A program made the position numbers and the translations under genes. From Elsinoe ampelina (lineage: Eukaryota): a stretch of DNA of 64,000 nucleotides. The stretch spans positions 2,483,320 to 2,547,319 of the forward strand of contig ML992501.1 of the NCBI GenBank assembly GCA_010093995.1, in the 5' to 3' direction. The stretch's first letter is position 1. Each line of letters starts with the position of its first letter. The notes under the pieces are model-generated. The model did no database searches. It had not been told where the DNA came from and saw only the letters and a program-made list of their open reading frames with translations. Below are positions 35,881 through 48,073 of this stretch, piece after piece.

Positions 35881-36413
35881 TCCACGCGGCAAAAGCGTCC
35901 GAGCATGAACCATGCCGATCGCTCGTGGAGAGCTGCGAGAGCAATCTTGTCGAGGGATGGATCTGCGAGGGCGGCCAGACACGCGGATGCCGATTCAACC
36001 GCTCGAGGATTCCACGAGTCGAAATGAATTGTTATCCCACCGGAAGGATTATGGGTTGGAGAAGCTGCCGTATGTGGCGCTTCAAGATCTCGTCAGATTA
36101 TGTATACATCTGTATCTGTGAATCTCGTACATGTCTGTTGGAGAGACCGCTACCAAAAGGTAGGCCGGCGGATCTACCACGTTGGTAAGCGGCGTCCCAT
36201 ATTCTGCTCGAGGCTGGTTTGCGGTTGCGAGACGAGCATCGTGGCCTTGCATACGGCCATGTCGGGTTGCGACCGAAGATATGGCATCGTACAGTTCCCA
36301 ACGTAGACCGCGATTTTATTTCAGCGCGTGTCGGCACTGCAGTCAAAGCCATGGTGGCCAAACGAGCAGGCGGTGGATGTTCAGCTCTGGATGTACCTGT
36401 CCAACATCTTTTC

Positions 36414-37151
36414 TCATTTCTTCGCATCTCTCTCTAGCAATCTCTTGACCTTTCTGCCTCTTCCTGTGCCCTTTGTGACCTCTTTTACAGCAATGCCCTC
36501 GGCTTTCACTCGTTGTGCTGCTTCTTCGTCGCCATTTTCTGCTTTTCTCCTCAGCGCTCTTCGTTCCCTTTTAGCGGCCCTGTCTTGCTCCACTCTTGCT
36601 CTGAGGTCGTCAAACGTCGGTATTGGTGGTCGCTCTTGTATGTCTTGGCCAAAAGGTACGAGGATTTCTCGCACTACATGGCTGACTGATTGGCCTTTCG
36701 AAACTGGTATGCGCGAGAATGATATCATATCTCCCGTTCTTAGCGAGTTTGCCGGATCATGGACGAGATAATGTTTCGAGCTCTTGTAGAATTTGCGCAG
36801 GTAATTATGCCACTCCTGCACTGGACGATCGACACGGACAGTCTTGGACATGAGGCCAGCAGAGGTGACCTTGCCAATGAGAGTCTGGTTATCCTCCTTT
36901 GACTGCTTTGACTGCTTTGACTTTGAGGTCTTGATGGATGGCTTCGCTGCTGCGGAAGGTGAAGGGGGCGGTCCATTGGGGAATTGCGCGAGTAATGATG
37001 CTGCCAAAGGTTCAGGTGTTCCGGAGGTGATGTCCGCGGCAGTGGTCTCATATCGTCGTCCGATCCGCCACGCCGCAATGGCTGGCCGTGGGTATTGTGA
37101 TCGGGCCAGTGACAATGCCATTCGGCATGTTGGTATCGATGTGGATGTCAT
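36414..37151 (-). CDS. MRPS17: Mitochondrial ribosomal protein uS17m
   Basis: Arg/Ser-rich presequence and S17 core LIGKVTSAGLMSKTVRV...HYLVHDPANSLRTGDMISF..IPVSK. Confidence 0.85.
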   Translation of the reverse strand: MTSTSIPTCRMALSLARSQYPRPAIAAWRIGRRYETTAADITSGTPEPLAASLLAQFPNGPPPSPSAAAKPSIKTSKSKQSKQSKEDNQTLIGKVTSAGLMSKTVRVDRPVQEWHNYLRKFYKSSKHYLVHDPANSLRTGDMISFSRIPVSKGQSVSHVVREILVPFGQDIQERPPIPTFDDLRARVEQDRAAKRERRALRRKAENGDEEAAQRVKAEGIAVKEVTKGTGRGRKVKRLLERDAKK

Positions 37152-37315
37152 GGTCTGTTGTGATGCATGGAGAGTGAGTCCATCCTCGAGAGCTCCCGAA
37201 AAACCTGGCGTACGACACGTACCCTAACCCTAAGCTGATGACCAAACACAAGGCAGCTGTTGCTCATCATCCAACACCACATTTACCGGCTGCCCCGAGG
37301 AGAGCGAACAGAAAG

Positions 37316-39260
37316 ATGTCTATCTCAGCCGGTAAGCGATCTGAACATATGTATAGCACTGCCATTGGTCTGACGATGTGTCACAGACGGCATCTGGGCT
37401 GCAGCACCAACTACAACTCGAGCACAACCATGTCCAATCTCCGCAGATGCCAAAGGAGAGAGGATAGCTTACGCTGTATGTGACGATATCCATTGTAGCC
37501 TTATTCGACATTTGCTAAGCTTTCTGAAGTCAAATAAATCCATCTTCGTCCGCTCAATCGACCGACCTCATGAGTCGAAGCAGTACACCGAGACCACTTC
37601 CCAGACTACAGTCGCCCGCTTCTCCCCATCAGGATTCTACATTGCCTCTGGGGATGTCAGTGGTACTGTCCGTGTTTGGGACTGTGTTGGTGAAGGCGGC
37701 ACTAAAGGCGAATACCACATCATCGGCGGCCGCATCAACGACATTGCATGGGATGGAGACTCGCAACGCATCATTGCCGTAGGTGACGGAAAGGAGCGAT
37801 TCGGACACTGCATCACAGCCGATAGTGGGAACAGTGTGGGTGAGATTTCGGGACATTCCAGCCAGATCAATTGTGTCAGCATTAGGCAGCAACGGCCACT
37901 CCGGGCTGCTACTGGAAGTGACGACACAAGCATGGTATTCTACCATGGAGCACCATTCAAATTCAATACGAGCGTGAGAGGAAAGCACGATAAGTTCATA
38001 TATGGATGTGGCTTCAGTCCGGACGGAGCCTTTCTTGTCACAGTTGGAAGCGATAGGAAGATTTGGATATACGATGGCAAGACTGGAGAGGCAGTGAAAG
38101 AGATCGGATCAGGTGTACACAAGGGTAGCATATTCGGAGTCAGCTGGAGCAAGGACTCAAAAAGATTTGTGACGGCTAGCGCAGACCAGACAGTACGCGT
38201 ATGGGAGGTCGAGAGCGGTAACAACACGGTGACTTGGAGGTTGGGCGAGGAGGGGAAGGTCAGTGTACCGGATCAGCAAGTCGGTGTTGTCTGGCCGAGG
38301 GATGGGCTGGTCATCAGTGTGGATCTGGAAGGGAATCTAAATTACCTTGAAGAGGGCAAGGACAAGCCATCGAAAGTGGTGAGGGGGCATCAAAAGGCGA
38401 TCACAGCAGCAGGCTTCATTCCCGAACAAAAAACGCTATGGACAGGAAGTTTTGAAGGTAAGATCTGTGCGTGGGATCTGAGCAGCGGCGTCGCAGAGAA
38501 GGCAGATGGAGAAACACATTCCAACTACGTCAGCGGATTTGCACCCTCTTCGGATGGGCGGATATACAGTGTCGGCTGGGACGACACACTCCGTACTCTC
38601 GACACATCAGCACGATCTTTCGTTGGAGGTTCTGTCAAGGCAGATGGGCAACCCAAAGCGGTAGCAGCGACGACTGTCGACGGTAAAGCAGTCTCGCTGG
38701 TCGCCACGCCCCAGGGTATCACGATTTACCTCAACGGCGAGAAAGCCGGCTCCGAACAACTCAAATCTACCCCAACCTGCGTAGCAGCTAGCGGCAGCAC
38801 CGTCGCCATCGGAACCGAAGACAAGCTCGTCCGGCTATACACTCTATCCGGCTCTTCGCTTTCGCCTCTCATAGATCTCAAAGACGGAACCAGCCCACCC
38901 TCCACGCTGTCCTTCTCCTCAGGCTCCTCGCCACTCCTCGCAGCTGGTCTTGCGAATGGCAAAATCCTCGTCTATGGTAAAGAAGGCTCGGACTGGAAAC
39001 TCCTCACGAACCGCTGGTCGGCGCATTCTGCGAGAGTGACGAGTATCAGCTGGGCGCCGGACGGGAAACGGGCGGTCAGTGGCGGCTTGGACACGAATAT
39101 ATTTGCCTGGAGCCTGGCGGATCCGGGGAAGCGGGTGAAGATGCAGAACGCGCACAAAGATGGCGTGGGAGGGGTAGTGTGGGTCGATGATGCAGGGGTG
39201 GTAGTGAGTTGCGGTGCCGACGCGGCCGTGAAGAAATGGAAGGTGACGGGGGTGTCATAG
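37316..39260 (+). CDS. AIP1: Actin-interacting protein 1 (WD40; WDR1)
   Basis: Exons 37316-37331, 37387-37475 and 37530-39260. ARFSPSGFYIASGD.SG.VRVWD, DIAWDGDSQRIIAVGDGKE and RWSAHSARV. Confidence 0.93.
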
Positions 39261-39338
39261 ACTAGACGATGTAGATAGAGGACTCCAAAAGCACAATATC
39301 ATGGCTAATCATTTATCATAATCGGGCTCTGATCACCA

Positions 39339-40481
39339 CTACGTGAAGTGAATCCCCTCCTGATTGAACGCATACAACAGCTTCAAGAAATCCCCCTCAT
39401 CACACTGTCTCGCTCTCCGCTCCGACAATCCCGTCACCTCCTCCAACACCCTCACCACCTTCCCCCTCACCAACTCCGCCACCCTCCCCTTCCTCTTCCT
39501 CTTCGTCCCCATCTTCTCCTTCTCCTTCCGATCCCGCTCCTCCTTGAAAAAATCCGGCAAGTCATCCTCATCCTCCATATCCACATCCATCTCCCCGTCC
39601 TCCTCAATCTCCACCTCCACCATCTCCTCCACCGGCCCGTCATCCAACACCATATCATTCTGCGCCGCCCACGTCCTGTAGTTCCCCTCCAACAAATCCA
39701 TCACGCTCGCGGTGCCGATGAACCCGCTCCTCAACGTACGGTTCTTGCGCACGAAGCAAATCCGCAGTAGCCCGTCCCATTCTTCATAGCTGATCTGCGG
39801 CCGTGGGTTCTTAGGCTCGATGCGCACGACATTCGACTCGACCTGCGGCGGGGGGTTGAAGTTATTCCTCCCCACTTTCATAACGTGGGAGATCTTGGCC
39901 CACATCTGGGCGTTGACGGACAGGCGGGAGTAGAGCTTCTCACCCGGGCGAGCGAAGAGTCGCATGGCGAATTCGCGCTGGAACATGAGGATGCAGGAGC
40001 GAGGGGCGGGGGAGGTGGCGAGGAGTTTGAAGGTCAGCGGGGAGGAGATTTGGTAGGGGGTGTTGGAGATGCAGACGTCGAAGTAGGGGAGTTGGGGTTG
40101 TTTGATTACGTCGCCGAGGATGAGCTCGAGGCGTTTCGCCGCGGGCGTGCCTTGGAATCGTTTGGTCAATTCGGCGGCCATGCGTGGGTCTTGCTCGACG
40201 GCGATGACGCGTTTGGCTCGCTCGAGGATGCGGGTGGTGAGGTTACCGGTTCCGGGACCGACTTCGAGGACGATGTCGGATTGTTTGAGGTCGGCTTTGT
40301 CTACGATGGCTTGAGCTACACCGGGGTTTTTGAGGATGTGTTGGCCTATGTCCGTGTTCATCTTGAAGATGGGGTTCTTCTTGGGAGCGCCAGCGGCGGT
40401 GGCGGATTTCTTGCGAGCAGCAGCGCCGGCGTATGGGTCGGGTTTGGAGATGCCATGGCTTTTACGCCCTGCTTTAGCCAT
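39339..40481 (-). CDS. DIM1: 18S rRNA dimethyladenosine transferase Dim1
   Basis: [44 protein letters not shown] and FNQEGIHF. Likely start is MAKAGRK at 40481. Confidence 0.96.
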   Translation of the reverse strand: MAKAGRKSHGISKPDPYAGAAARKKSATAAGAPKKNPIFKMNTDIGQHILKNPGVAQAIVDKADLKQSDIVLEVGPGTGNLTTRILERAKRVIAVEQDPRMAAELTKRFQGTPAAKRLELILGDVIKQPQLPYFDVCISNTPYQISSPLTFKLLATSPAPRSCILMFQREFAMRLFARPGEKLYSRLSVNAQMWAKISHVMKVGRNNFNPPPQVESNVVRIEPKNPRPQISYEEWDGLLRICFVRKNRTLRSGFIGTASVMDLLEGNYRTWAAQNDMVLDDGPVEEMVEVEIEEDGEMDVDMEDEDDLPDFFKEERDRKEKEKMGTKRKRKGRVAELVRGKVVRVLEEVTGLSERRARQCDEGDFLKLLYAFNQEGIHFT

Positions 40482-40896
40482 ATTGAGGTATTTCGAGCCT
40501 CCAAGTGTGCCACGGGAGGGATTTGATATTATTGTTGGTTGATATCGGGTTGTCGGCTTGATATCGTAGAGGGGCAAGGTCTGTTTTTTCTGCACGCAAG
40601 ATTTCCAGCTCAAATCGACTGGAATTGCTCGGTGACAGGTGATATCTTCTCGAATGGCGTTGAATTTCTGCCAGTATATATTTAGGAGAGGTAAGTACCT
40701 GTGCAATCGACTTTCAAGAGGAGATCGGATCCTGTCATTGAGACCGAAAGCCGATGTGCAATTGTCGATAAAGATGCAGATGCGGTCAAAAAAAGGCTTA
40801 TCGATAAGCTCAGCCCTATGAAACCCTACATCAACCCTAAAGATGAAGCATCGAGCTTCACATCGTCGTCTCATCCATTGTCGTGCATTGTGAACG

Positions 40897-42642
40897 ATGG
40901 CGCGCAAACCGGTCAAGCCAGCAGTGACAGACGCGACTCCCGATCTCTTGCCTCCTCTAGAAGCTATTGCTGCTCCCGTTGAGACCACAGCCACGACGAC
41001 GAAGGGTAAGAAACGCAAGCAAGGTAGCAGAGTCAACTCCGCCTCGGCGACGCCAGCAAAAGTCGTGACGGAAATTGAGGCGACAGCTATCAATAGCATC
41101 GCGAGTGTGTCGAAGGAGAAGAATTTTCAAGCCGTGAAATCGAATGGTTCATCCACGAGAGTCGAAGAGGACACGACCACGACCCCCCGAGGATCCCGTA
41201 AACGTAAAGCAGTGACCTATATCGAGGCAGAGGACGATTCAGCCACGGAGACCGCGCCATCGCCTGCTACGAAGAAGTCTCGTACCGAGAAGGTCGTAGT
41301 CAAACAGACCACCGCCTCCGTCACCCCTGCAGACGGTCCAGCAGACGAGCGCATCACGCACCCGATCAAGAAAAAGCGCAAATCAAAAGCAGAACCCGAA
41401 GCCGTCAAAGAAGCCACAACCACCTCCATCCCTGCAGACACCCCAGCATCCCCCACCACCGAACCCGTCAAGAAAAAGCGCAAAACCAAAGCCGAGCTCC
41501 AAGCCGCCAAAGAAGCCGCCATGATCCCCCTCCTCCCACGCACCGCCAACCACGCCTACAAAATCGGCGCCCACGTCTCTGCCTCAGGCGGCATCCACAA
41601 CGCCGTCGTCGCAGCGAACCAAATCGGCGGCAACGCCTTCGCGCTGTTCATGAAGTCGCAACGGAAATGGACCAATCCCCCTCTACTCCCGGACGTGGCG
41701 CAGCAATTTGTGCTGAATTGCGAGAAGCTCTCCTACGAGCAGACGAAGTATGTCGTGCCGCACGGGAGTTATCTTGTGAATCTGGCGCATACGGATCGGG
41801 ATCGGACGCAGCAGGCTTATGAGTCGTTTTTGGATGATCTGAAGCGGTGTGAAGAGGTGGGAATTGGGTTGTATAACTTTCATCCGGGGAATGTGCAGGG
41901 TGTGAGTAGAGGGGAGGCGTTGACGCATTTGGCGAAGAACCTGAACAGGGCGCATAAGGCGACGAGGGGTGTGGTGACTTTGTTGGAGAATATGGCTGCC
42001 GCGGGAGGGAATGTGATTGGGTGTCGGTTCGAGGAGTTGGGTGAGGTGATTGAGCAGGTGGATGACAAGAGCAGGGTGGGTGTTTGTTTGGATACTTGCC
42101 ATGCTTTTGCGGCCGGGTACGATGTTAAGGATAAGGAGGGGTTGACGAAGGTGTTGGATGAGCTGGATGCGAAGGTGGGACTGAAGTACTTGAGGGCTTT
42201 GCATATGAACGACAGTAAAGCGCCTTTGGGGAGTGGGAGGGATCTGCATGCGAACATTGGAACGGGCTTCATTGGGCTGAAAGGCTTTCATGCTATTATG
42301 AACGAGGAGCGTTTGAGGGGCCTACCGATGGTCTTGGAGACGCCAACGGAGATGCTAGACGACGAAGGTAACGCCATCAAAGACAAGGATGGCCTGATGT
42401 CTGGGGAGCAGAAGTCGGTGTGGGCGCAGGAGATCAAGCTGCTGGAGAGTCTGACGGGTATGGACATTGAGAGCGAGGAATTCAAGACCCTGGAGACCAA
42501 GCTGGCGGGAAAGGGCAGGAAAGAGCGAGCTCGAATACAAGATCAGGTCGATCGGAGAGGGGAGAAGAAGACCAAGAGCAAGGGCGGGAAGAAGAAGGGT
42601 AAGAAGGACGCAGAGACGTCTGATGAGGAGTCTGACGCATGA
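40897..42642 (+). CDS. APN1: AP endonuclease 1 (endonuclease IV family) with long Lys/Thr-rich N-terminal extension
   Basis: [60 protein letters not shown] and LETP. Confidence 0.95.
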   Translation: MARKPVKPAVTDATPDLLPPLEAIAAPVETTATTTKGKKRKQGSRVNSASATPAKVVTEIEATAINSIASVSKEKNFQAVKSNGSSTRVEEDTTTTPRGSRKRKAVTYIEAEDDSATETAPSPATKKSRTEKVVVKQTTASVTPADGPADERITHPIKKKRKSKAEPEAVKEATTTSIPADTPASPTTEPVKKKRKTKAELQAAKEAAMIPLLPRTANHAYKIGAHVSASGGIHNAVVAANQIGGNAFALFMKSQRKWTNPPLLPDVAQQFVLNCEKLSYEQTKYVVPHGSYLVNLAHTDRDRTQQAYESFLDDLKRCEEVGIGLYNFHPGNVQGVSRGEALTHLAKNLNRAHKATRGVVTLLENMAAAGGNVIGCRFEELGEVIEQVDDKSRVGVCLDTCHAFAAGYDVKDKEGLTKVLDELDAKVGLKYLRALHMNDSKAPLGSGRDLHANIGTGFIGLKGFHAIMNEERLRGLPMVLETPTEMLDDEGNAIKDKDGLMSGEQKSVWAQEIKLLESLTGMDIESEEFKTLETKLAGKGRKERARIQDQVDRRGEKKTKSKGGKKKGKKDAETSDEESDA

Positions 42643-42783
42643 TCTACCATTCGTCCTGTGTACACATTATACCCCACTGGCATGTCTCGCCAGCATATCT
42701 AGCGCTTGTATCATACGCTCTTGACAGGTCGCGTGCCACTCTAGGCTTCCTTCTACTCACTTGTCAGCTCCGTCCTGCCCTTG

Positions 42784-43182
42784 CTACTGTTGATCGCTCA
42801 CCTTGGCTGGCGCCTGCACAACGTTGGTGGCCAGAGTATGTTCCCTTGGCTCCAAGTTCCGTAGATCAACAGCCAACCTGTCCGTCATTCGCGTGAGCAA
42901 CTTGAAGACAGCCATAGCTGGGTTGGGGTCAATGTCGGCGGTCACGTAGAGCTCATTGTTGTTGATGTCGACAATGCTAGCTGCGAAGTTGCTGCCTTCT
43001 TGGACGGAGGAGAGGACGACTTCGAATTGAGGGCCGATGCCAGTCCAGCTATTGGACTTTGATTTAGCGTAGATGAAGTTGGCGTTGGCTATGAGGGGGT
43101 CAGTCAAGCGGTGGGTGTTGAAGGGGTAGTGCTGACCGAGGATTTGCTCGCGAAAGGCGGGGATGTCAGTGACTGTGTACAT
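42784..43182 (-). CDS. Hypothetical 132-aa protein
   Basis: ATG in a strong context (CTCAAAATG), C-ending codon bias and globular-looking composition; no family recognised. Confidence 0.6.
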   Translation of the reverse strand: MYTVTDIPAFREQILGQHYPFNTHRLTDPLIANANFIYAKSKSNSWTGIGPQFEVVLSSVQEGSNFAASIVDINNNELYVTADIDPNPAMAVFKLLTRMTDRLAVDLRNLEPREHTLATNVVQAPAKVSDQQ

Positions 43183-43892
43183 TTTGAGGTTTATGAAGAC
43201 GGTGTAGGCTCAGTGTGCGACGAGGTATTGTGGAATGCGAAGATAAGAAACGGTAGAGTGGGAAACGTCGGGAGGTTATACAATGCTTTTTACGTCCAAC
43301 CATGCCTCACCTGCAGGAATGCGGGCACGTTGGAACTGCCTGGATCTCCCTGTTGTGCCTCGCAGCTTGCCTTGTCCGTGACTGCTCCACCCGGCGCGAC
43401 ACCCGGCGGCACAATCGCATCGCACAACGTCACTGCCAAAGACGCCATCGCTTACGACGCAGTCTGTAAGAGTGACCCAACTATTGAGGCGGACTAGAGC
43501 TCCCTCAGGATGCCAGTGGCTCCGCAGATCCAAGCCAGGAGCAGTCGTTGCACGAGGGAGAGATCCGCCTCTGACGCAAACCAAAGCAAGCTTTCCGTCG
43601 GGGGGAATTAAGGTTGAGGGTTTGTCCGTGTTTTGGGAATTCTTGGATGCGGGGCAGTAAGTGCCAAGCTGTCGGTTCTGGAGGGGCGGAAGAAGTCATC
43701 AATGACCTCGGATGCGACCAATTCTGTCTGTATAGTCATAAAAACATATGGACTGGATTACTGAGGATCGTAGCTAAATATCGATATCACTTTGGAGAGT
43801 GCGCGGCGTCCGTGTCACAAAATAGCGTCTGGAATTCACTTCTTCGATTAATCACTCAGTTACCGCTGCAAAACCCACCCACTCTTCCAACC

Positions 43893-44684
43893 ATGGCCAC
43901 TTCAATCACCAAAGACGACATCAAAGCCCTCACATTCGACATATTCGGCACGTGCGTAGACTGGCGAACATCTGTGACCACCCAGCTCTACAATGCAGCT
44001 CAAAAAGCCACTTCTGCCTCCACTGTCGCCCCCGAAACAGCAGAAAAGGCCAAATCCATGCCCCGCTCCGCATGGGAACAGATCACCAACGAATGGCGCC
44101 AGACATACTACGCATTCACGCGAGAACTAGCCAGTAACCCCAACGCTACGTTCAAGACAGTAGACCAACACCACCACGACGCCCTCATCATTCTCCTCGC
44201 CAACCACGGCCTCACAGGTCTCTGGACCGACGCCGAACTCCACCATCTCGCACAAGCATGGCACCGCCTCGACAGCTGGCCCGACACGAACGAAGGGCTG
44301 GAGATTCTCGGCCGCCACTTCCAGACTGCGACGTTGAGTAATGGTAACGTATCACTGCTCGAAGACATGCAGGCACACAGCGGGATGAGGTTCACGCATA
44401 CTTTCTCGGCGGAGATGTTTGGGACGTATAAGCCTAACCCGAAGGTGTACCTAGGGGCTGCGGAGAAGTTGGGCGTTGAGCCAGGGGAGGTGGCCATGGT
44501 GGCGGCGCATTTGTATGATTTTAGAGCAGCGAAGGGAAATGGGTTGAGGACGATTTATGTGGAAAGGGAAGGGGAGGATACGGTGGACCAGGAGGAGGCG
44601 AGGAGGGAGGGGTACGTAGACTTGTGGATCAAGCTGGGAGACGGAGGGTTCTTGGGGGTCACGAAGGCATTGGGCATTAGTTAG
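43893..44684 (+). CDS. HAD-superfamily haloacid dehalogenase type II
   Basis: KALTFDIFGTCVDW, AWHRLDSWPD, LSNGN, YKPNPKVY and MVAAHLYD. Confidence 0.9.
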   Translation: MATSITKDDIKALTFDIFGTCVDWRTSVTTQLYNAAQKATSASTVAPETAEKAKSMPRSAWEQITNEWRQTYYAFTRELASNPNATFKTVDQHHHDALIILLANHGLTGLWTDAELHHLAQAWHRLDSWPDTNEGLEILGRHFQTATLSNGNVSLLEDMQAHSGMRFTHTFSAEMFGTYKPNPKVYLGAAEKLGVEPGEVAMVAAHLYDFRAAKGNGLRTIYVEREGEDTVDQEEARREGYVDLWIKLGDGGFLGVTKALGIS

Positions 44685-45195
44685 CATGGCAGTGATGGAG
44701 GATGCTTGGGATGGCAATCGATAGTGAAGCTGTTGGCAAACGTCGGCGCATGGAGAGGCATCCGCCCGGCTTCAGCAAGCGCATGGGCCAAGAGAACGAG
44801 CACGCGCAGGGCCACGACAAAGGACACGCGAGGCAAACCACGCGAGGATCACAACAAAGGACGCGTCACGAGACAAAAGACAAAGTGTGAAGTTGGCAAT
44901 TACGGATATCATTCCTTGAGAACTCCCGATACTCGTAGAGAGCCGCTGTCTGGTTTATGATACAAAGCAACCCACGAGCTGCCCAAGCAGCAACTCAGCT
45001 CCAGCCATCCCAAGAAACCCCATGATCTTGACGATCTTGATTGACACCCTTCGCAAATAAAAAGCCTCGTGACCATGATGTGGGTGTCGTCAGTCGAGGC
45101 GCAGCAGTCGTAAACATTCCATGCAGAGAGATGATGTAGAGAAGAGGTTGAAAAGCGGATTGAAGAGTGGTAGAAGGTTGAATGATGAGAGGCGT

Positions 45196-45666
<471 letters not shown>

Positions 45667-46099
45667 CTAGACTGTGTTGAGGAGAAGAAGTCAAGATTAT
45701 AAGTGTCTCTTGCAAAGCAGAGGATCTCACAAGCTCGGGATCAACGCCGCAGCCCGTGATTCTCTTGCTTGATCCCGCTAAACCGGAAAGAGCAGATCAC
45801 GCCGCACGGACGCCAAAAATCATGAGCAAGTCGCCCAAACAGCGCTAACAATTATTCACTTTGAAGTTCCTTACGATTGCACGGATTCCAGCAACCCCAA
45901 ACTTGCGTTGTTGATTCTGGGCTTTGCCTTTGCCGCCTTGTGATTCAAGGTGATCCGTTCACAGCCTGCGCCCGCGGATTCTTCTATATTTACGGCTCCC
46001 CCCACTAACCTTTCCTCTTTCCATCCACTCACAACACAACCTCTTCCGACAACCACTTCATCATCCACCCACATCAACTTCATCAATCAACCATTTACA

Positions 46100-46674
<575 letters not shown>

Positions 46675-47290
46675 GCGACCTCTCTTCTCGACAATAACTC
46701 ATCCGACATCATGACGACTTTTGGTTGATTGATGGAGGCCTTTGGGTGGATCTGGGGATGAATGCAACGGAGTTTCTACAGGGGATGGGTTTCTTTACTG
46801 CTTTATGAATGATCATGGGAATGGGAGCTCTCTAGCTGATGGTACTGCGGTATCCACAACGTTGCATTGTAACATAATGACTATGCAAAGGCCAAGGGCC
46901 GATTTCTGACTTCAATACTGCTTCCTCTTTGTGCCTTGTGACTGTCCTTTTCTGCTTTGTTGTGACTCCTCGCGTCTCGACGCGTCTGCCTGTTCGCCAC
47001 AGATTGCGCCCGGGCACGAGTTCGCCAAGCCTCGAGATACCGAGAACAGCCGGATCGGGACTTGCCCGAGACCCTCGAACTTTTTCGAGCAACCCACTTC
47101 ACATCTGCGTGGAAGTCCAACCGACAGTCCACTCTTTCACCATGATAGCACTTGAATATCCGCCATGATGTGGCACTACGATCTAAGGAACGGCTATACA
47201 TGGACTGCATCTCTTAGCAGTTGACGGCATTTCACAACTACGTTTCCGTCATTCTATTTGTTTGCATGTGGCCAGCAGTCTCCTTCAGCC

Positions 47291-48073
47291 ATGATATTTG
47301 TGCCAGGTCTACCGGCTCTACGGGCACGTCTACAGATACAAAGCCGAACATGGATACAGCAATCACGATCCGCATCATCTAAGCCTCCTCCTCCGCCAGG
47401 ACGAACAATACCTGGTCCTTCATGGGCATGGATTGAGCCATTGGCTGTACCCTTCCGAGCATATGGTCGCATGCAGAATCGCTCGCCATACATGACACAA
47501 CTGTCTTCTTCTTTGGTCATCTACTTCCTTGGAGACCTCTCGGCTCAGCTTGTCGCTTACCACCCACCGACTCCAAGTGAGTCACTCGGCGTCGATCCAC
47601 GACAGGATTACATGTACGCTCCGGAACGTGGTCTTCGTGCCATGCTGATCGGCGGACTCTCCTCAATTCCCTCGTATCACTGGTTTCTATTCCTCGGACG
47701 TTCCTTCAACTACTCATCCCACATCCTCTCCTTGACCGTCAAGATCGTCGTGAACCAGACTTTCTTCACCCCAGTTTTCAACAGCTATTTTTTCGGCATG
47801 CAGAGTATTCTCTCTGGCAAGAGCTGGCAGGAAACTATGAGAAGGATCAAGGATACAGTGCCAACAAGCTGGAAGATGAGCTGGAGGGTATGGCCAGCTG
47901 TTACGGCGTTCAGCTTCACGTTCATCAAGGAGCAATACCGTAGCACGTTCGCTGGTGTGATTGCGATTGGTTGGCAGACGTATCTGAGTTGGCTGAATAG
48001 TCGTGCCGCGAGGATGGAGAAGACGGAGGATACACGAGGTGTCGGGACGACTCGGGGTAAGGTCAAGACATGA
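47291..48073 (+). CDS. Mpv17/PMP22 family membrane protein (Sym1-like), predicted mitochondrial
   Basis: Arg-rich presequence; GDLSAQ, KIVVNQTFFTP, VWPAV and WQTYLSWLN. Confidence 0.85.
   Translation: MIFVPGLPALRARLQIQSRTWIQQSRSASSKPPPPPGRTIPGPSWAWIEPLAVPFRAYGRMQNRSPYMTQLSSSLVIYFLGDLSAQLVAYHPPTPSESLGVDPRQDYMYAPERGLRAMLIGGLSSIPSYHWFLFLGRSFNYSSHILSLTVKIVVNQTFFTPVFNSYFFGMQSILSGKSWQETMRRIKDTVPTSWKMSWRVWPAVTAFSFTFIKEQYRSTFAGVIAIGWQTYLSWLNSRAARMEKTEDTRGVGTTRGKVKT

Noticed and set aside
43614..43892. N-terminal extension of the HAD ORF from a TTG start
   Set aside because: The ATG at 43893 has a good context and sits right before the family motif; the extension does not resemble a targeting peptide.
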